A stretch of 64,000 nucleotides of DNA from Octopus vulgaris (taxonomy: Eukaryota). Where the stretch lies: assembly GCA_951406725.2 (NCBI GenBank), contig OX597816.1, positions 36,580,001 to 36,644,000 of the forward strand. Reading direction: 5' to 3'. Below the pieces are notes generated by a model. It saw only the letters and a list, made by a program, of their open reading frames with translations. It did not search any database and was not told where the DNA came from. Shown in pieces: positions 39,120 to 52,122 of the stretch; the stretch's first letter is position 1, and the number at the start of each line of letters is the position of its first letter. Both the position numbers and the translations under genes were made by a program.

Positions 39120-39262
39120 CCGAAAATCGGGCTACAACAGGTAACCAAGTACCCTCTTAAGTATCCTAGATGTTCCTAATGACACTGTTTTCTGGAGCTG
39201 TACTAAAGTGGGTTTTATGCCTACTTCCGCTATCCATCTGTTCGTATCTTTAGGAATGGGAT
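39120..39262 (-). mobile_element. C-terminus of a second R4-like family
   Basis: PKDTNRWIAEVGIKPTLVQLQKTVSLGTSRILKRVL. Confidence 0.65.
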
Positions 39263-39319
39263 GCATTTTACTCATACTTTCCTAGCTTTTGAATTACAGT
39301 CGCTGTAATTAAAAAGCTT

Positions 39320-39422
39320 TGCTTTCGGCGTCGATAAATTAAGTACCAGTTGCATACGGGCGTCGATCTAATCGACTGCCCCTCTCCCTCCAAAATTTCG
39401 GGCCTTGTGCCTAGAGTAGAAA
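39320..39422 (+). mobile_element. SINE 3' half
   Basis: tttcggcgtcgataaattaagtacc...gggccttgtgcctagagtag. Confidence 0.8.
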
Positions 39423-39840
39423 ATAATTTTGCTGATACTATTCGCTTTTAAATATTGTTGATGTTTCTTTTAAAACCAGTAATATTTACACTTGACATAA
39501 GCACAACATATACACAGCAAAAAATCTGTTTTACATTCAAAATATTATTTTACACTGTACAATCTTGTTTTCTTCAGTTGCTAATATTGTTTACCTTTTA
39601 TTTGTAAGTGTGATTTTCCTATTAAACATAATTAGTCCATCTGTCTAGAGAGAACTTTTTTTACACAAAACATATACAGAAATAGTGTAAATATATGCGT
39701 ACAACTCTTGCAATTTTAATGGTTTCTCTATTTAGAATTCACAGGGATTCTGTAATAAACTAGCCAAATCATATGCATACACACAAACATTTAAATACAC
39801 AGATATATATATATATACGCATATAAAAATACATACATAC

Positions 39841-39902
<62 letters not shown>

Positions 39903-40297
39903 GTGTGTATGTGTGTGTGCACACATCATTATACGCATACACACAATTTCATATATACTTGGATGCATGCAAACAAGCATCCCTAAATGTATTTCGACTC
40001 TAATCTTTTCTCCTATTAGAGTTCAGTAGTGCAACTCCCAGATTCTGTTTCTAAACAGTTCATGAAATCTATTTATAAATTGCAATTTTGAACTGCATCA
40101 ACATAAACATTTTCACTGTTCAATTTAAATGAAAGGTCGATGGCAAATGTCGAGTTCCATCATCACGGACAATACAATAAATTCTTATAAAAGAAATATT
40201 CCCTCTCTCCTCTGTCTATTACTCCTGCCTCGCCCACACGTGTACGCGCACTTACATACACGTACGCGTACACACACAAACAACACACACATATTTT

Positions 40298-40748
40298 ACT
40301 GGCGTCGATATAATCGACTTAATCCGTTTGTCTGTCCTTGTTTGTCCTCTCTATGTTTAGCCCCTTGTGGGTAGTAAAGAAATAGGTATTTCGTCAGCTG
40401 CTACGTTCTGAGTTCAAATTCCGTCGAGGTCGACTTTGCCTTTCATCCTTTCGGTGTCGATTAAATAAGTACCAGTTACGCACTGGGGTCGATGTAATCG
40501 ACTCTGTCCCTTTGTCTGTCCTTCTTTGTCCCCTCTATATTTAGCCCCATTGTGGGCTATAAAGAAATAAGAAACGTTAACAGGCCGGGCGAAATGCTTA
40601 GCGGTATTTCGTCAGTTATCCTGTTCTGAGTTCAAATTCCGCTGAGATCGACTTTGCCTTTCATCCTTTCGGGGTCGATAAATTAAGTACCAGTTGCATA
40701 CTAGTGTGGATCTAATTGATTGGCCCCCTTGTGCCTAGAGTAGAACAG
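40298..40748 (+). mobile_element. Trimeric, 5'-truncated SINE array
   Basis: Three successive partial consensus units. Confidence 0.88.
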
Positions 40749-41097
40749 AATATTTCATATGGAATATCTCATACATAAATATAGCTTAATTTCGCGACAA
40801 AGCTTAATATTCATTTATTACTTCATATTTCTGCACATGACAGAGACTACATTTGAAAACTTAGGGTCTCTTTTCTTTAACCCTACCAAATTTCTAACGC
40901 GGTTTCTGGAACAAGCTAGTTTCTCTTATCTAGCGAGTGCTAGTTCTAGTGCAACCCTGTTCCTCTTACTTCTGTATGGAACTGACTGGCATCTTTAAGT
41001 GAATGGCAATATATAGGTAAAGAACGAGGAGAACTTGCAGAATTGTTAGCATGTCGGGCAAAATGCTTAGCGGCATTTCGACCGTCTTTACGTTCCG

Positions 41098-42330
41098 GTC
41101 AAGAAAATGGAAAAAAAGTAAAGGAATGAAAGAGAAACTTTGCGAACTTTGCGAAGTGCCAGGGAAATTATATTAATATTAGCGAAGTTGAATATTACAA
41201 AAATTTATTCAGTGGGGATAAATTTGACGTTAAATTGCACTCCCTTCCACCGCAAGAGACGCTTAATGATATGAAAGAAAGAACAATTTTGTACGAAACA
41301 TTTTCAATATTCAAAGGAAGAACTGACGTCATGGCCACGGGTAAAATTGAAAACCATTAAAACCAATATGGCATGAAAGTTTCTACATTGCGAAAGGTAC
41401 TAAGTTCGGAGTAGTGGAGGTGAGATTCAAGGACGCAGCAACAACAAAAAAGCACGCATTAAGAGAGAGGAAACGGTGCTTTTGCCCACTTACCGTGGAC
41501 AACGTGCCAAAGGGCTAGGTTGGAGTGAATCCGCCAGAGATAGTTGTGACCTGTATAGCAGCCGCTCTCCTTCTGAGTAATTGAGTAATGAGGACAACAA
41601 AGCGGTTCTCCAGGCCACAAAAAACGCAAACTGTTATATGGAAGGGACAGATACCGGACATAACTAGTCAAGGTTCAACCGAAACCTTAAAAAACATTAC
41701 AGAAACAATAATTTGGACGACGTGATAATGAGGGTCAGGGTGGAGGGCAAAATCTCTCGAAGTTTTAAATGTGGCCTGAAAGGCCACATCAGTGCTGACT
41801 GTCTTTCAGCGATCAAAATGACGGAGGAGATACAAGAGGAAGAGCCCCAAAAAGAGCAAGAAAATAAGGAGGAAGGAAAAATATCAACAGAAGTAGAGAA
41901 GAATGAAACAGACAACGAATGGGAAAAAATAGGAAAAGGAACAAGAGAAAAAGAAAACAATTAAGCCCCATAACCACCCAACATGCAGACGCACCCTCTT
42001 CGACCTATCCTCCCCCTACAGACACCAAACCTGCCCATTCCCCTCTGACACAGAAAAGTGTACAGGCAGACAAGAACTCCCAAACTCCACCCCACTTGCT
42101 CGTTGTGCTAGGGTGAACAGAAAGAAAAGATAACAAAATGTTAAAGTGGATATAGATGTCGGGAGGTGAAATTGGATTGGGATGTATTACCACAGTATAT
42201 GGCATATGAAGAAGTGGGGGAAGGGTTTGGAATCGATATTCGAGTGGGAACGAAGTTTAAAATGTATAAATGAAACTGCTATGAAGTGGGGCAGAGTGGC
42301 ATCATTCCATTTTCATTTTACTTTTCATGT
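41098..42330 (+). mobile_element. LINE ORF1-like (gag-knuckle) fragment between SINE pieces
   Basis: IMRVRVEGKISRSFKCGLKGHISADC (degenerate CCHC) followed by an E/K-rich tail; SINE 5' part at 41025-41097 and SINE at 42380-42615. Confidence 0.5.
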
Positions 42331-42379
42331 CATTTTTTCATACGTTGGTTCTAAATTTTTTTCACTTATTTGTATATTG

Positions 42380-42615
42380 TCCCCTCTATGTTCGCCCTGT
42401 CATGGGTAATAAAAAAATTTAGAATCGTTAGCATGCTGGACGGTATGCTAAGCGGTATTTCGCCCGTCGCTACGTTCTGAGTTCAAATTCCGCTGAAGTC
42501 GACCTTGCCTTTCATACTGTCGGTAAATTAAGTATCATTTGAGTACAGGTGTCGATGTAATCGACTTAACTTCTCTCCCCAAATGACAGACCTTGTGCCT
42601 ATAGTAGAAAGGATT
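42380..42615 (+). mobile_element. SINE (tail of one unit plus a second unit)
   Basis: ccctctatgttcgccctgtcatgggtaataaa, then gaatcgttagcatgctgg...ccttgtgcctatagtagaaaggat. Confidence 0.85.
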
Positions 42616-43400
42616 ATAAATACCATATAAAATTAAAATATATGTATCAAATATTAAATGAAAAAAATAAAAATACCTATGGAAATGTGATTATAAGATT
42701 TTTCTGATATACATTAAATACACTATTCTAGGTAGAATAACAGATCCTTGGTGTTATACCTTATACTTAGTGGAGGTGCAAGGTTTAGTAATCCATTGAA
42801 AATTTATTTGTTATACTAACTAGGAAGGAGGAGAATTCGAATACTGAAGGGGAAAATATATAATATAATTATTGGAAGATTACAGATCAAAAGGATTAAG
42901 GTTTATTAGAAAGCAATACTACATAGATCTGGAGATAATAGAGGGTATATTATGAAAGATACAACACCCTGGATAACTCGTGCTAGCAAATCATACTATG
43001 ATATACTTATAACCTGCTTCTGAAGTATTTAAAATTACAGGCAATTCTATGAACACATGATCGTCTAATTTATTATTAACTAGGTTTTCCTTATCTCTAT
43101 ATTTGAATAATGCATATATCTTCATACAACATAGTTGCTATCCATAAGCCATACACAAATAGCCGGTATGAATTCTTTCCCCGCATAGTTAGTATAATAC
43201 ATTTATTTACAACAGATTACTAAGTCTTGCGCCTTCCCTAAGTATAACAGATAATCCCTAGGATCTGTAATTATGCTACATAGATCAGTGTATTTGATGA
43301 ATTTTAGAAATATATTATAAACACATTTACATAGGTATTTTTATTTATATTTTTTCAATAGATATTTAATACATCTATTATTTTATATGGTCTTTATAAT
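42614..43400. repeat. Long diverged inverted repeat (arms about 235 bp), MITE/foldback-like
   Basis: 42614-42846 aligns to the reverse complement of 43163-43400. Confidence 0.7.
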
Positions 43401-44839
43401 AACATACCTAAAAAATTCTTTTCAATATTCTAATATAAGTTACATTATAATTTATAGATTAAGCCTTATTTTATTTTATGGTATTTTTATTTATCCTTTC
43501 TATCAGTTATACATTTTACATCATTCTGTAAGGAAATCTATATCTATAAAACAGTCCTTGGACTAAAATTGTATGCACATTTTGCTTTGACGTTTAATGG
43601 CGGCGAAACCGAGGCTAGGATCGAACTGAAAATTGGCAGGAATACTGAATGCGTAGTGAGGATGAGACCCGCGAAGGTTAAAATTCGCAAACTATAAAGA
43701 TGTGGTTGCTATGGCAAAAAGAGTGATTTTTTATCAATTCAACGGGCCCCAGAGCCCCTCTAGGTTTGGGCGATTAGCTTTTAATGCCCAGCGGCATGCA
43801 TTGCAGGCTGTTGTGCTTAATAAACATGCATTTTGTTGCGAAATTCCAGCTGCTAGGAAACGATTTTTCATTATTAAAAGACGAGTGCTTTTTGCCCTCA
43901 TTTTCTTTTTAATCTCTATTTCTTTTTATCGTCTATTTATTTCTGCTGACCACTTACGACGGTGATTCAGTTGACTAGGAAAACTATACGTGATGAATAT
44001 CCAATACTAATCTATCTTAATCTACCTACTGAAACTGTATTAAACTTTGGCAAGCTTACCTTTACCTATTCTGAGTTACTTGAAAGTTGGGCCTTCCCTA
44101 CACTCTCTTCTGATTGATGATACCGTTGTTTCACTTTAAGGATGCTTCTTTACCCAGCCATTATGATATTTCGACTACTGTCCATAGTTTCAAATAGGTT
44201 TTAGCATTGGCATTCTAGCATTTTTTAAACACTCACATATGATTCGTCCCAAAGAATCAAACTTTAACTAAGAATTTTACTTCCACTAGCGAAAGCTATA
44301 AGTATTTTTCAGGAAGTTCCATACCAATTTAACTTTATGCAGCATTCGCTGTTAGTTTATATGCACGCTATGTGGAAAGATAGAAGAAAGGGTCTTTTGT
44401 TAGCTTTTCTCTCCGAAAGAAATAGCTCCCTTTGCTGTTGAAAAAAATAAACTGGCAGACGGGAAGTTTCAAAATCTTCCTTCAATTTCCTTACACCAAT
44501 TATGTGACTGTTTCTGACAAGAACTTTCGCTTACATGTAAAACAACTATATTTTGTAGTCATTATCCGTAATCTACTCCCAAGACACTTCAGTAGCTCTA
44601 TTTTACATTGCTTGCAAACTTATATGTTTATGATAATCAAGGTGCTACGACATCCACAATAACCAGCCTTCAATTTGATTTTCAGTTCCTAGGTTACTCG
44701 GAAACAGATTGGCATGCTACACATAATCCTTCGCGGTAGTTCAATTATTTCGTGAAATAAATACCACGAAAGCAACTTAAACCGCCCAAATGCTAGCATT
44801 TATATAATTTTCATATTTTTATTGTTCTTTGTATTTTAT

Positions 44840-44844
<5 letters not shown>

Positions 44845-44890
<46 letters not shown>

Positions 44891-44943
44891 GTATATATGT
44901 ATATGTATATATGTATATGTATATATATGTATATGTATATATG

Positions 44944-44992
<49 letters not shown>

Positions 44993-45045
44993 GTATATGT
45001 ATATATATATATATGTATATATATATGTGTGTATATATATATATA
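44845..45045. repeat. (TA)n/(TATG)n microsatellite
   Basis: Direct inspection. Confidence 0.95.
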
Positions 45046-45179
45046 TATTTATTTATATATAGAGGGCATTATTATACATACATGCCACACGCTAAGAGGG
45101 ACAACATTAGTCATTTCTACCAAAAAGTTTACTAATCCCACCGAATGCAATTTTTCAAAGTAAGACATTTAAAAATATG

Positions 45180-45226
45180 GACTTGTATCACCTGTGATTT
45201 CATACCTCTGTATTCATCAGCAAGCC
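45180..45226 (-). ncRNA. Canonical type I hammerhead ribozyme
   Basis: Minus strand ggcttg-CTGATGA-atac agag gtat-GAAA-tcac ag gtga-TA-caagtc; all three stems pair; AUA cleavage site. Confidence 0.9.
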
Positions 45227-45639
45227 TGGACGTATCATAAATAAACGACCCTACCTCGTCTAAGCCGAGCAGCTAACTGATCAACATCAACGAAGCACAT
45301 GGGTGAGTTTACATATATTACATCCGGTAAATGGCAGACTTTTACGAATTGCATTTCGGGAAAGGAAAAGTTTTTTCGGAATAAAAATTTAGCAATTAAG
45401 GACAACTTCTTAATAAGGAAAACTTAACAAGAAATTATCGGGTAGATAGCGTGAAAGACCTCATAAGAGAAAAAAATTTCGAAAATAATTCTTTCTTATT
45501 GAACATATTAATTTATATATAGAGGGCATTATTATACATACATGCCACACGCTAAGAGGGACAAAATTAGTCATTTCTACCAAAAGTTTTACTAATCCCA
45601 CCGAATGCAATTTTTCAAAGTAAGACATTTAAAAATATG

Positions 45640-45686
45640 GACTTGTATCACCTGTGATTTCATACCTCTGTATTCATCAGCAAGCC
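45640..45686 (-). ncRNA. Canonical type I hammerhead ribozyme (second copy)
   Basis: Identical to 45180-45226, 460 nt upstream on the minus strand. Confidence 0.9.
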
Positions 45687-47910
45687 TGGACGTATCATAA
45701 ATAAACGACCCTGCCTCGTCTATATATATATATATATAACCTCTGATATATTTGCGTAGTTTATATAGCTTATAAATGGTTCCTAATCTCTCGCATAAAA
45801 TTCTGTATAATACAATATTATATTTTATATTTATAGTTACACATATTTTATATTTATAGTTACACATTTTAAATATTTGTGTATCTATATTTGACATCTT
45901 TATACATTTGTATATCTTTTTATATACTTTCCAAGTGTTTGTAAGTTATAATTTTTTTATAAGGTCTTTTTATATAATTTACTGGATATGGGAATCCATA
46001 TTCTAGCATATTTTTAATAATGCATTATTCATTAAATGCTTACATGCCCAAATATATATATATCCGCATGAACATTAAGTGCTAGATTTATCCTATCAAC
46101 GTTAATGCATCATTCAACCTGCTGCTTGGATTTACTTGAGATTATAAGTAAGCATTTACACCTTCACGGAAATACGAATAAACACCATACCCTCCGAATT
46201 AACATGAACTATGAACCTTATACTTGTATCTACTTTCAATTTTCTGTCTAGAACATCCCTGCACACCCCTGTTGTCTCTGACGGAATACTCAGTGCATGG
46301 AGATGTCGATAAACATATTGAAACATATCGCCGTAATGTGTTAACCACCATGTTTGAGCAAGGAAATCATTATTAAATTCCAAGTTAGCTCAAACAATCG
46401 GGTGGATTTGAGCTGATATTTTTTGTATCATATTTTTTTCACATGTTTACTATGTTGAGTCGGTTCTAATGGTCAGCGTTGATAGCGACGGATGATCGAG
46501 CATCAGTATTATCATCAGTGTATCCGTTTTGACCGTCTACGTAATTACAAGGAAAAGGAGTACCGACGTAGATTCATTAAATATATTTCAATCATATTCA
46601 CATATATACGCACAGTATATATGTGAATATACACGGAAGCGAATAATATACGCACTAGTATGTTTACTTACAAGCAAGTATAAACTCTCATACAAATATG
46701 TATGTATATATTTATGTAGGCATCTGTAGGAACCATGACAGAAAAGAATTTAACTATCTTTATTAGAAGACGTAAAAATGTAAAATGCATTCCGCTGAAT
46801 CTACTGATGACAACATTTCGAAATTAAAGTCTGATTCCAGTGATACAATGCTATCTCATTATTTCATCTAACTTCAATTACAGCGCAGATATACGTTTCC
46901 TGCTCTGTTACAGGTAATAGATTTTCTGATATATTGTATCTCATTTCGAATGTAAAATACATATTAAACAGGGCTTGTTATTGATTCTGTCATAATGTAT
47001 TACATATCGGTATCTCGCTAGGAGTTAACAATGCGCAAATATTCTCTGGCGTCAGTTATGGAATATCCATGAACATGCTCGGTGACATAGACGACGTAAT
47101 TATTCAATGCTTTGCTCTCACTCTCACGTTTTGCTGAACTGAATAGACACTAGGTTTAACATAGACATAACTGAAGATATCCTTGAAATCAAGATTCATT
47201 TCCTTGTCCTGTTGTGTTACTGCCAGTTTCAATTTAATTCCCAATACAGAATCCTTAGCTTGGACAAACCTGATTCAAAAAGCACAGTATAATTTTTAGA
47301 AATCAATGTCGAATAGAAAACTGGCTCCCGTCGGGAAAATACCCGGCAATATTTGCTTGCAGCCTCTTTATCTTTTTGAGCATACATACAGCACGGATAC
47401 ACGTTGCGTTTAATCCTTTTCAAATCCATACAATTAGAACAGATCAGATTAATGAAACATGGATTAGCGTTATCGACTATACCCTAAAGAAATATCTTTT
47501 ATGAGAAGGAGACTGTGACGATTAAAGTGATCAGATGAATGCGCAGGTTTAGTAAAAATTATTTAAAATTTTCAAAGATCATAATGAAGATAGAATCATT
47601 TTGTCCTTTCAAAATCTAATTTTATTCTATTTTAAAAGAAAAGTGGGACGGAGCAATAGAGTAGATTAGGATTTCTCAGGGTTTTATAACAAGTAAAACA
47701 GAGGCCGTTTCATCATAACCAATATCTAATAAGACCATGCAAATGGGATTGAAAACAATTAAATAAAATAACTAAGTCGTGTTTAATAGTAAGTTTTACG
47801 GTGATTGAACATGTTAATCACGTTGAATTTCGACAGATAGTGAACGTAATCACATTTTACGATTTCAGTCATAAAACGTAACCTTAATCTCACGATAGGT
47901 TAGTGAGGTG

Positions 47911-48292
47911 AAAGGCGGCGAGCTGGCAGAATCGTTAGCACGTCGAGCGAAGTGCTTAGCAGTATTTCGTCTGCCGTTACGTTTCATCCTTTCGAGGTCG
48001 ATTAAATAAGTACCAGTTACGCACTGGGGTCGATATAATCGACTTAATCCGTTTGTCTGTCCTTGTTTGCCCTCTCTGTGTTTAGCCCCTTGTGGGCAAT
48101 AAAGAAATAGGTATTTTGTCTGCCGCTACGTTCTGAGTTCAAATACGCCGAGGTCGACTTTGCCTTTCATCCTTTCGGGGTCGATTAAATAAGTACCAGT
48201 TACGCACTAGGGTCGATATAATCGACTTAATCCGTTTGTCCTTGTTTGTTCTCTCTGTGTAGCCCCTTGTGGGCAGTAAAGAAATAAAGAAA
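47911..48292 (+). mobile_element. Dimeric SINE with target-site duplication
   Basis: Flanks ataggttagtgaggtga / ataggttagtgaagtga. Confidence 0.92.
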
Positions 48293-48426
48293 TAGGTTAG
48301 TGAAGTGATATGAATGGACAGGAATTGATTCTTTACTAATCACAGCTGCCCTACAGCAAATGAACGTATTCTATACAAATCCCTAACATCATTTTCATTC
48401 AGAATATATGCATTATAATATCACTT

Positions 48427-48636
48427 TCAAATTTTGGCAGAAGGCCAGAAATATGGGGAAGCGATTACTCGATTACATTGACTCCAGTATTAAACTTTTA
48501 TGTATTTTATTCACCCTGACAGTTTGAAAAGCAAAGCTGAGACCTTGCTGGCATTTGAACTGAGGAGGTAAAGTCGGAAGAAATACAGCTACGTATTTTA
48601 TCCGGTGCGGTATCGATTGCGCCAGTTCACCACCTC
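48427..48636 (-). mobile_element. Degenerate SINE
   Basis: ttcaaattttggcagaaggcc...gcatttgaactgagg...gccagttcaccacct. Confidence 0.7.
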
Positions 48637-48804
48637 ATCTAAATATTATAATGTTGAACATTTCTGTTCAATAAACAATTATAATGATTTGGTATATATA
48701 TATATATTTTAAAATGTGTAGAGGTAACACACGAGTTAGTAGATATTTATGAAAAAGAAAAACGAAAATGCTTTCTTTCAATTGGGTACATTTTAATTTC
48801 CCAT

Positions 48805-49208
48805 TTAAAGAAGAATGTTTTTGTTTTGTTTTACATGTTTCAGTTTTTGGAAAACTGTATCGAAAATATGTACTAAAATAGAATATATAGAGAGAAAAGA
48901 GTACCAATACAATTAAATTAAAATTAAGATTAACATTCATAGTTGACCTTACTTTTTTCTACAAGAGCACGTGGTAATTTCCGTTAATTTTCGTGACATG
49001 ACAAGTTGAACTGTCTGTGACCGCAAATTACTACTTACTTGTAGAAAAACAGGAAAATAAACTATGAATGTTAATCTGAATTTTAATTTTAATTTTATTT
49101 TATCAATAGCTCTTTTCTCTCTACATATACTATTTTAGCACGTATTTTTGATAAGTTTTTTTCAAAAACCGAAACGAGTAAAACAAAGCCAAAACATACT
49201 TAATTTAG
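48805..49208. repeat. About 400-bp palindromic MITE-like element
   Basis: Left arm 48805-48980 is the reverse complement of 49025-49208 (e.g. agattaacattcatagtt / aactatgaatgttaatct). Confidence 0.8.
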
Positions 49209-49624
49209 AGTATTTATATAAAGGAAAATTAATATATATGTATATAGCATATATCTGTCGTTGCACGGACTATATCATATATAATTTGGAGATTTTTTAT
49301 GTTAATCACCCTGAAAATATTCCCACTTTTGAACTACCTGAGAAGTCAGGTAGTCATAGAAATATGAATTTTAATAATTTCCCAATATCGATTCCTATAT
49401 TTCAATAATCCTCGAATATTATCTTATAATAGACATTTATGATGTCTACGTTATCGACCTTCTATGTCTTTGCTAATAACTCTTAGCAATCTTTATAATC
49501 ACATTTTATTCGGATGTCTTCCGTCCACTAATGATTTCAGACGATGATACCTTATCCTGCCCAGTCGCGAACCATGTTTCAGGCACTTGTCCACTAACGT
49601 CGTTCACTAAAATTGGTGTCTATA

Positions 49625-49855
49625 TCTTATTTCTTTATTGCCCTCAAGGGGCTAATCATAGAGGGGACAAAGAAGGACAGACAAACGGATTAAGTCGATT
49701 GCATCGACCCCAGTGCGTAACTGATACTTAATTTATCGACCCCGAAAGGATGAAAGGCAAAGTCGACCTCGGCAGAATTTGAACTCACAACGTAACGACA
49801 GACGAAATACCACTAAGCATTTCTCCCGGCATGCTAACGTTTCTGCCAGCTCGCC
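49625..49855 (-). mobile_element. SINE with target-site duplication
   Basis: Full reverse-complement consensus; flanks tgtctatatct. Confidence 0.92.
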
Positions 49856-51659
49856 TGATGTCTATATCTAGTGATGATAAATATATTAACCAGGAATATG
49901 TCTTGAGTCACACATATATGTAGATATTTATAAATGTAATCATACGCGTTTGAAGTTCTCCAGTAAGAACTAAAATAATTCTTAAATAAATAATCTATTC
50001 ATACGAAACAATATCAATTGCCCTTGAAGCTACTACTCATATCTCAGGATTCAGGAGCATGTACCTCAAGGGTAGGATAGCAGCACACCTACACTTGCAA
50101 AATCTGTACATTTGTTAATCAATATAAATTTTTTTATCCATATCTTTTGCATTGACAATTTCCCTCCATACGCTTATGAATTTTATTTTTTATGTAACAT
50201 AAGCAAGGGATCACAGCTTCTCCATTATCGAAACAACAGCTAAATCACCATACTATTTCAAATTGGAAGAATGTATTAAAGTGTAACGTAGGTATATTAT
50301 GTCAGAAAAACATGAATAGAGTAGTTTCGACTGGATTACCTTATATCATAGGTTCGCTAATCAGAAAGAAATCTCAGTAAAGCATTATTGAAGTACTCGT
50401 TACATGCAGACAACTTGTAGTAGTTTTTTTTAAATTCTGTCTGGACCTAAATTGTTTAGCGTTAATGCAAATTAGGACGTTACATGAATATTTTGAAGGT
50501 CAGATTTTGTAATTACTTGTCTGGAAAATCTTCTTAGCCGACTCGACACCATATAAAAAAAAAAGACTTTTATTTAGGGTACCGCAAATTGCTAAACAAC
50601 ATATTCGCCAAGTAATCCTCTTAACTCAGAGCTACGAATTTATCTACCCACACATTAACTTACTATGCGGTGACATGCGTGATGTTTTCAAATTATCCCA
50701 CCCTCTGACATAAGGTTTTTTTATAAATATATCATCTCATTATATTTTAAATAATGTTGGTTAAATTTCTTTAGTTTCGTATATTCCAACACTGCTGAGC
50801 TAATTGCGCAAAATGTATAAGCATTAACAATGTCCTGCACTCTACAATCTCTCAGTCGAAGCACTTATACTTTATAAAGTTTTCCTTCCATCTTTATACT
50901 GTAACCAAAAATCTGTATATTTCTTCCTTCGTGAGTTCATAGATAATTGTATTTTATTTTGACAAATTCACGATATACAAATTTTTGGTGCATGAGAAAC
51001 GTTTGTAACAATGAAAGGTAGTAATTTTCAGACGCCCGTAATTTCCTTTTACTTTGATTTAATGTTGCATTTCTTGATTATTCTATTTTTCATTCACATT
51101 TACAATGGACGTCGAATTATTATTTGCGTCTAAACTAAAGTGTTTTCTTTTTTTTCCCCCTTTTTTCTCTTAATTTTTGTTCATCAGTTTATTTTTCTAT
51201 TTTGAGTTACTTACAGAATATAATTTTCTTTCTTTTTTTATATGTTACACTATTTTACTGTCCATTCCAGCACTTCCCCCATGTACATTATATTGACAGA
51301 TAAATATGAGACATGTTTGATTTATCATTTGTTGACGAGATTCATTATTTACACGTAGACTTTCTCCGTGTATTATCTTTGTATATCAATCATGATATTG
51401 ATGTTCTTTGTTCTGTGTGAGATGATTTTTATGCGTGCATTTTTTTTTTAGTTTCTTTAATGTATTTTGTTATCAGGCTCGGCAATGTCATTTTTCACTA
51501 ACACTATTTGCGATATATTTATTTGTATGATATCCTAATACATAATCTGTTGACAGTTTGTGACTCACGAGTGAAAGATATCCAATGTTTTATCCTGATA
51601 TTTTGTTTGTTCATTTTTTGTGAATGTGAAGGTGATGCAGGATTTTTTTTTATGTTGTT

Positions 51660-52122
51660 AGCAGAGAAAATATTAGTATGTAGTATTGTTAACAGAGATA
51701 ATATTAAGATTTGGTGTTGTTATTTGCGAAAACGTTAGGATTTGGTAATAGTTGTAGAGAACAGGTTAGTATTCGTTAGTAGTAACGAAGTAAACAGCAT
51801 CTGATATTGGTTGTACAGCAGATATTAGTAGTTGGTATTTGTACTATCAAAGAGGCTCGTATTTGATAATGGTAATAGCGAAGTGTACACTATTTGATAT
51901 CGTCTGAAGAGAACAGCAAAACATTTGGCGTTGGTAGTAAAGATATTAGCATTTGTTTGTGGTGGTGAAGCGATTAGTACCAAGTATTGTTTATAGAAGG
52001 AAAAGATAGTACTTGATATTGGTAGCAGTAAAGAGGTTAATACTTGTCGTTGGAGAAGGTGAGTAAGTTAGTATTTAGTACTGGTATTTAGTACTGGTAC
52101 TAAAAATACTAGTACTTGGTAT
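51660..52122. repeat. Degenerate ~30-bp minisatellite
   Basis: Recurring tag(t/c)atttgatattggtagtagcgaagagg-like units. Confidence 0.5.

Larger units (their letters stand above)
45046..45721 (-). mobile_element. Retrozyme-like cassette B: about 1.45 copies of a 460-nt monomer with two HHRs
   Basis: 45056-45261 is repeated almost identically at 45516-45721; (TA)n on both sides; non-coding. Confidence 0.85.

Noticed and set aside
43552-44800. Possible DNA transposon starting cagtccttggac
   Set aside because: No matching second terminal repeat or transposase motif could be identified.
46790-46842. ctgatga-caacatttc-gaaa motif
   Set aside because: Stems I and II are mostly mismatched next to the core; at best a decayed relic.
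46860-47460. Complex unique sequence (also 12.5-12.8k, 25.9-26.1k, 59.4-59.7k) as exons or enhancers
   Set aside because: No convincing ORF, splice pattern or motif evidence from sequence alone; conservation or RNA-seq data would be needed.
51660-52122. CRISPR-like repeat-spacer array
   Set aside because: There is no constant repeat with unique spacers, no cas genes, and the context is eukaryotic.
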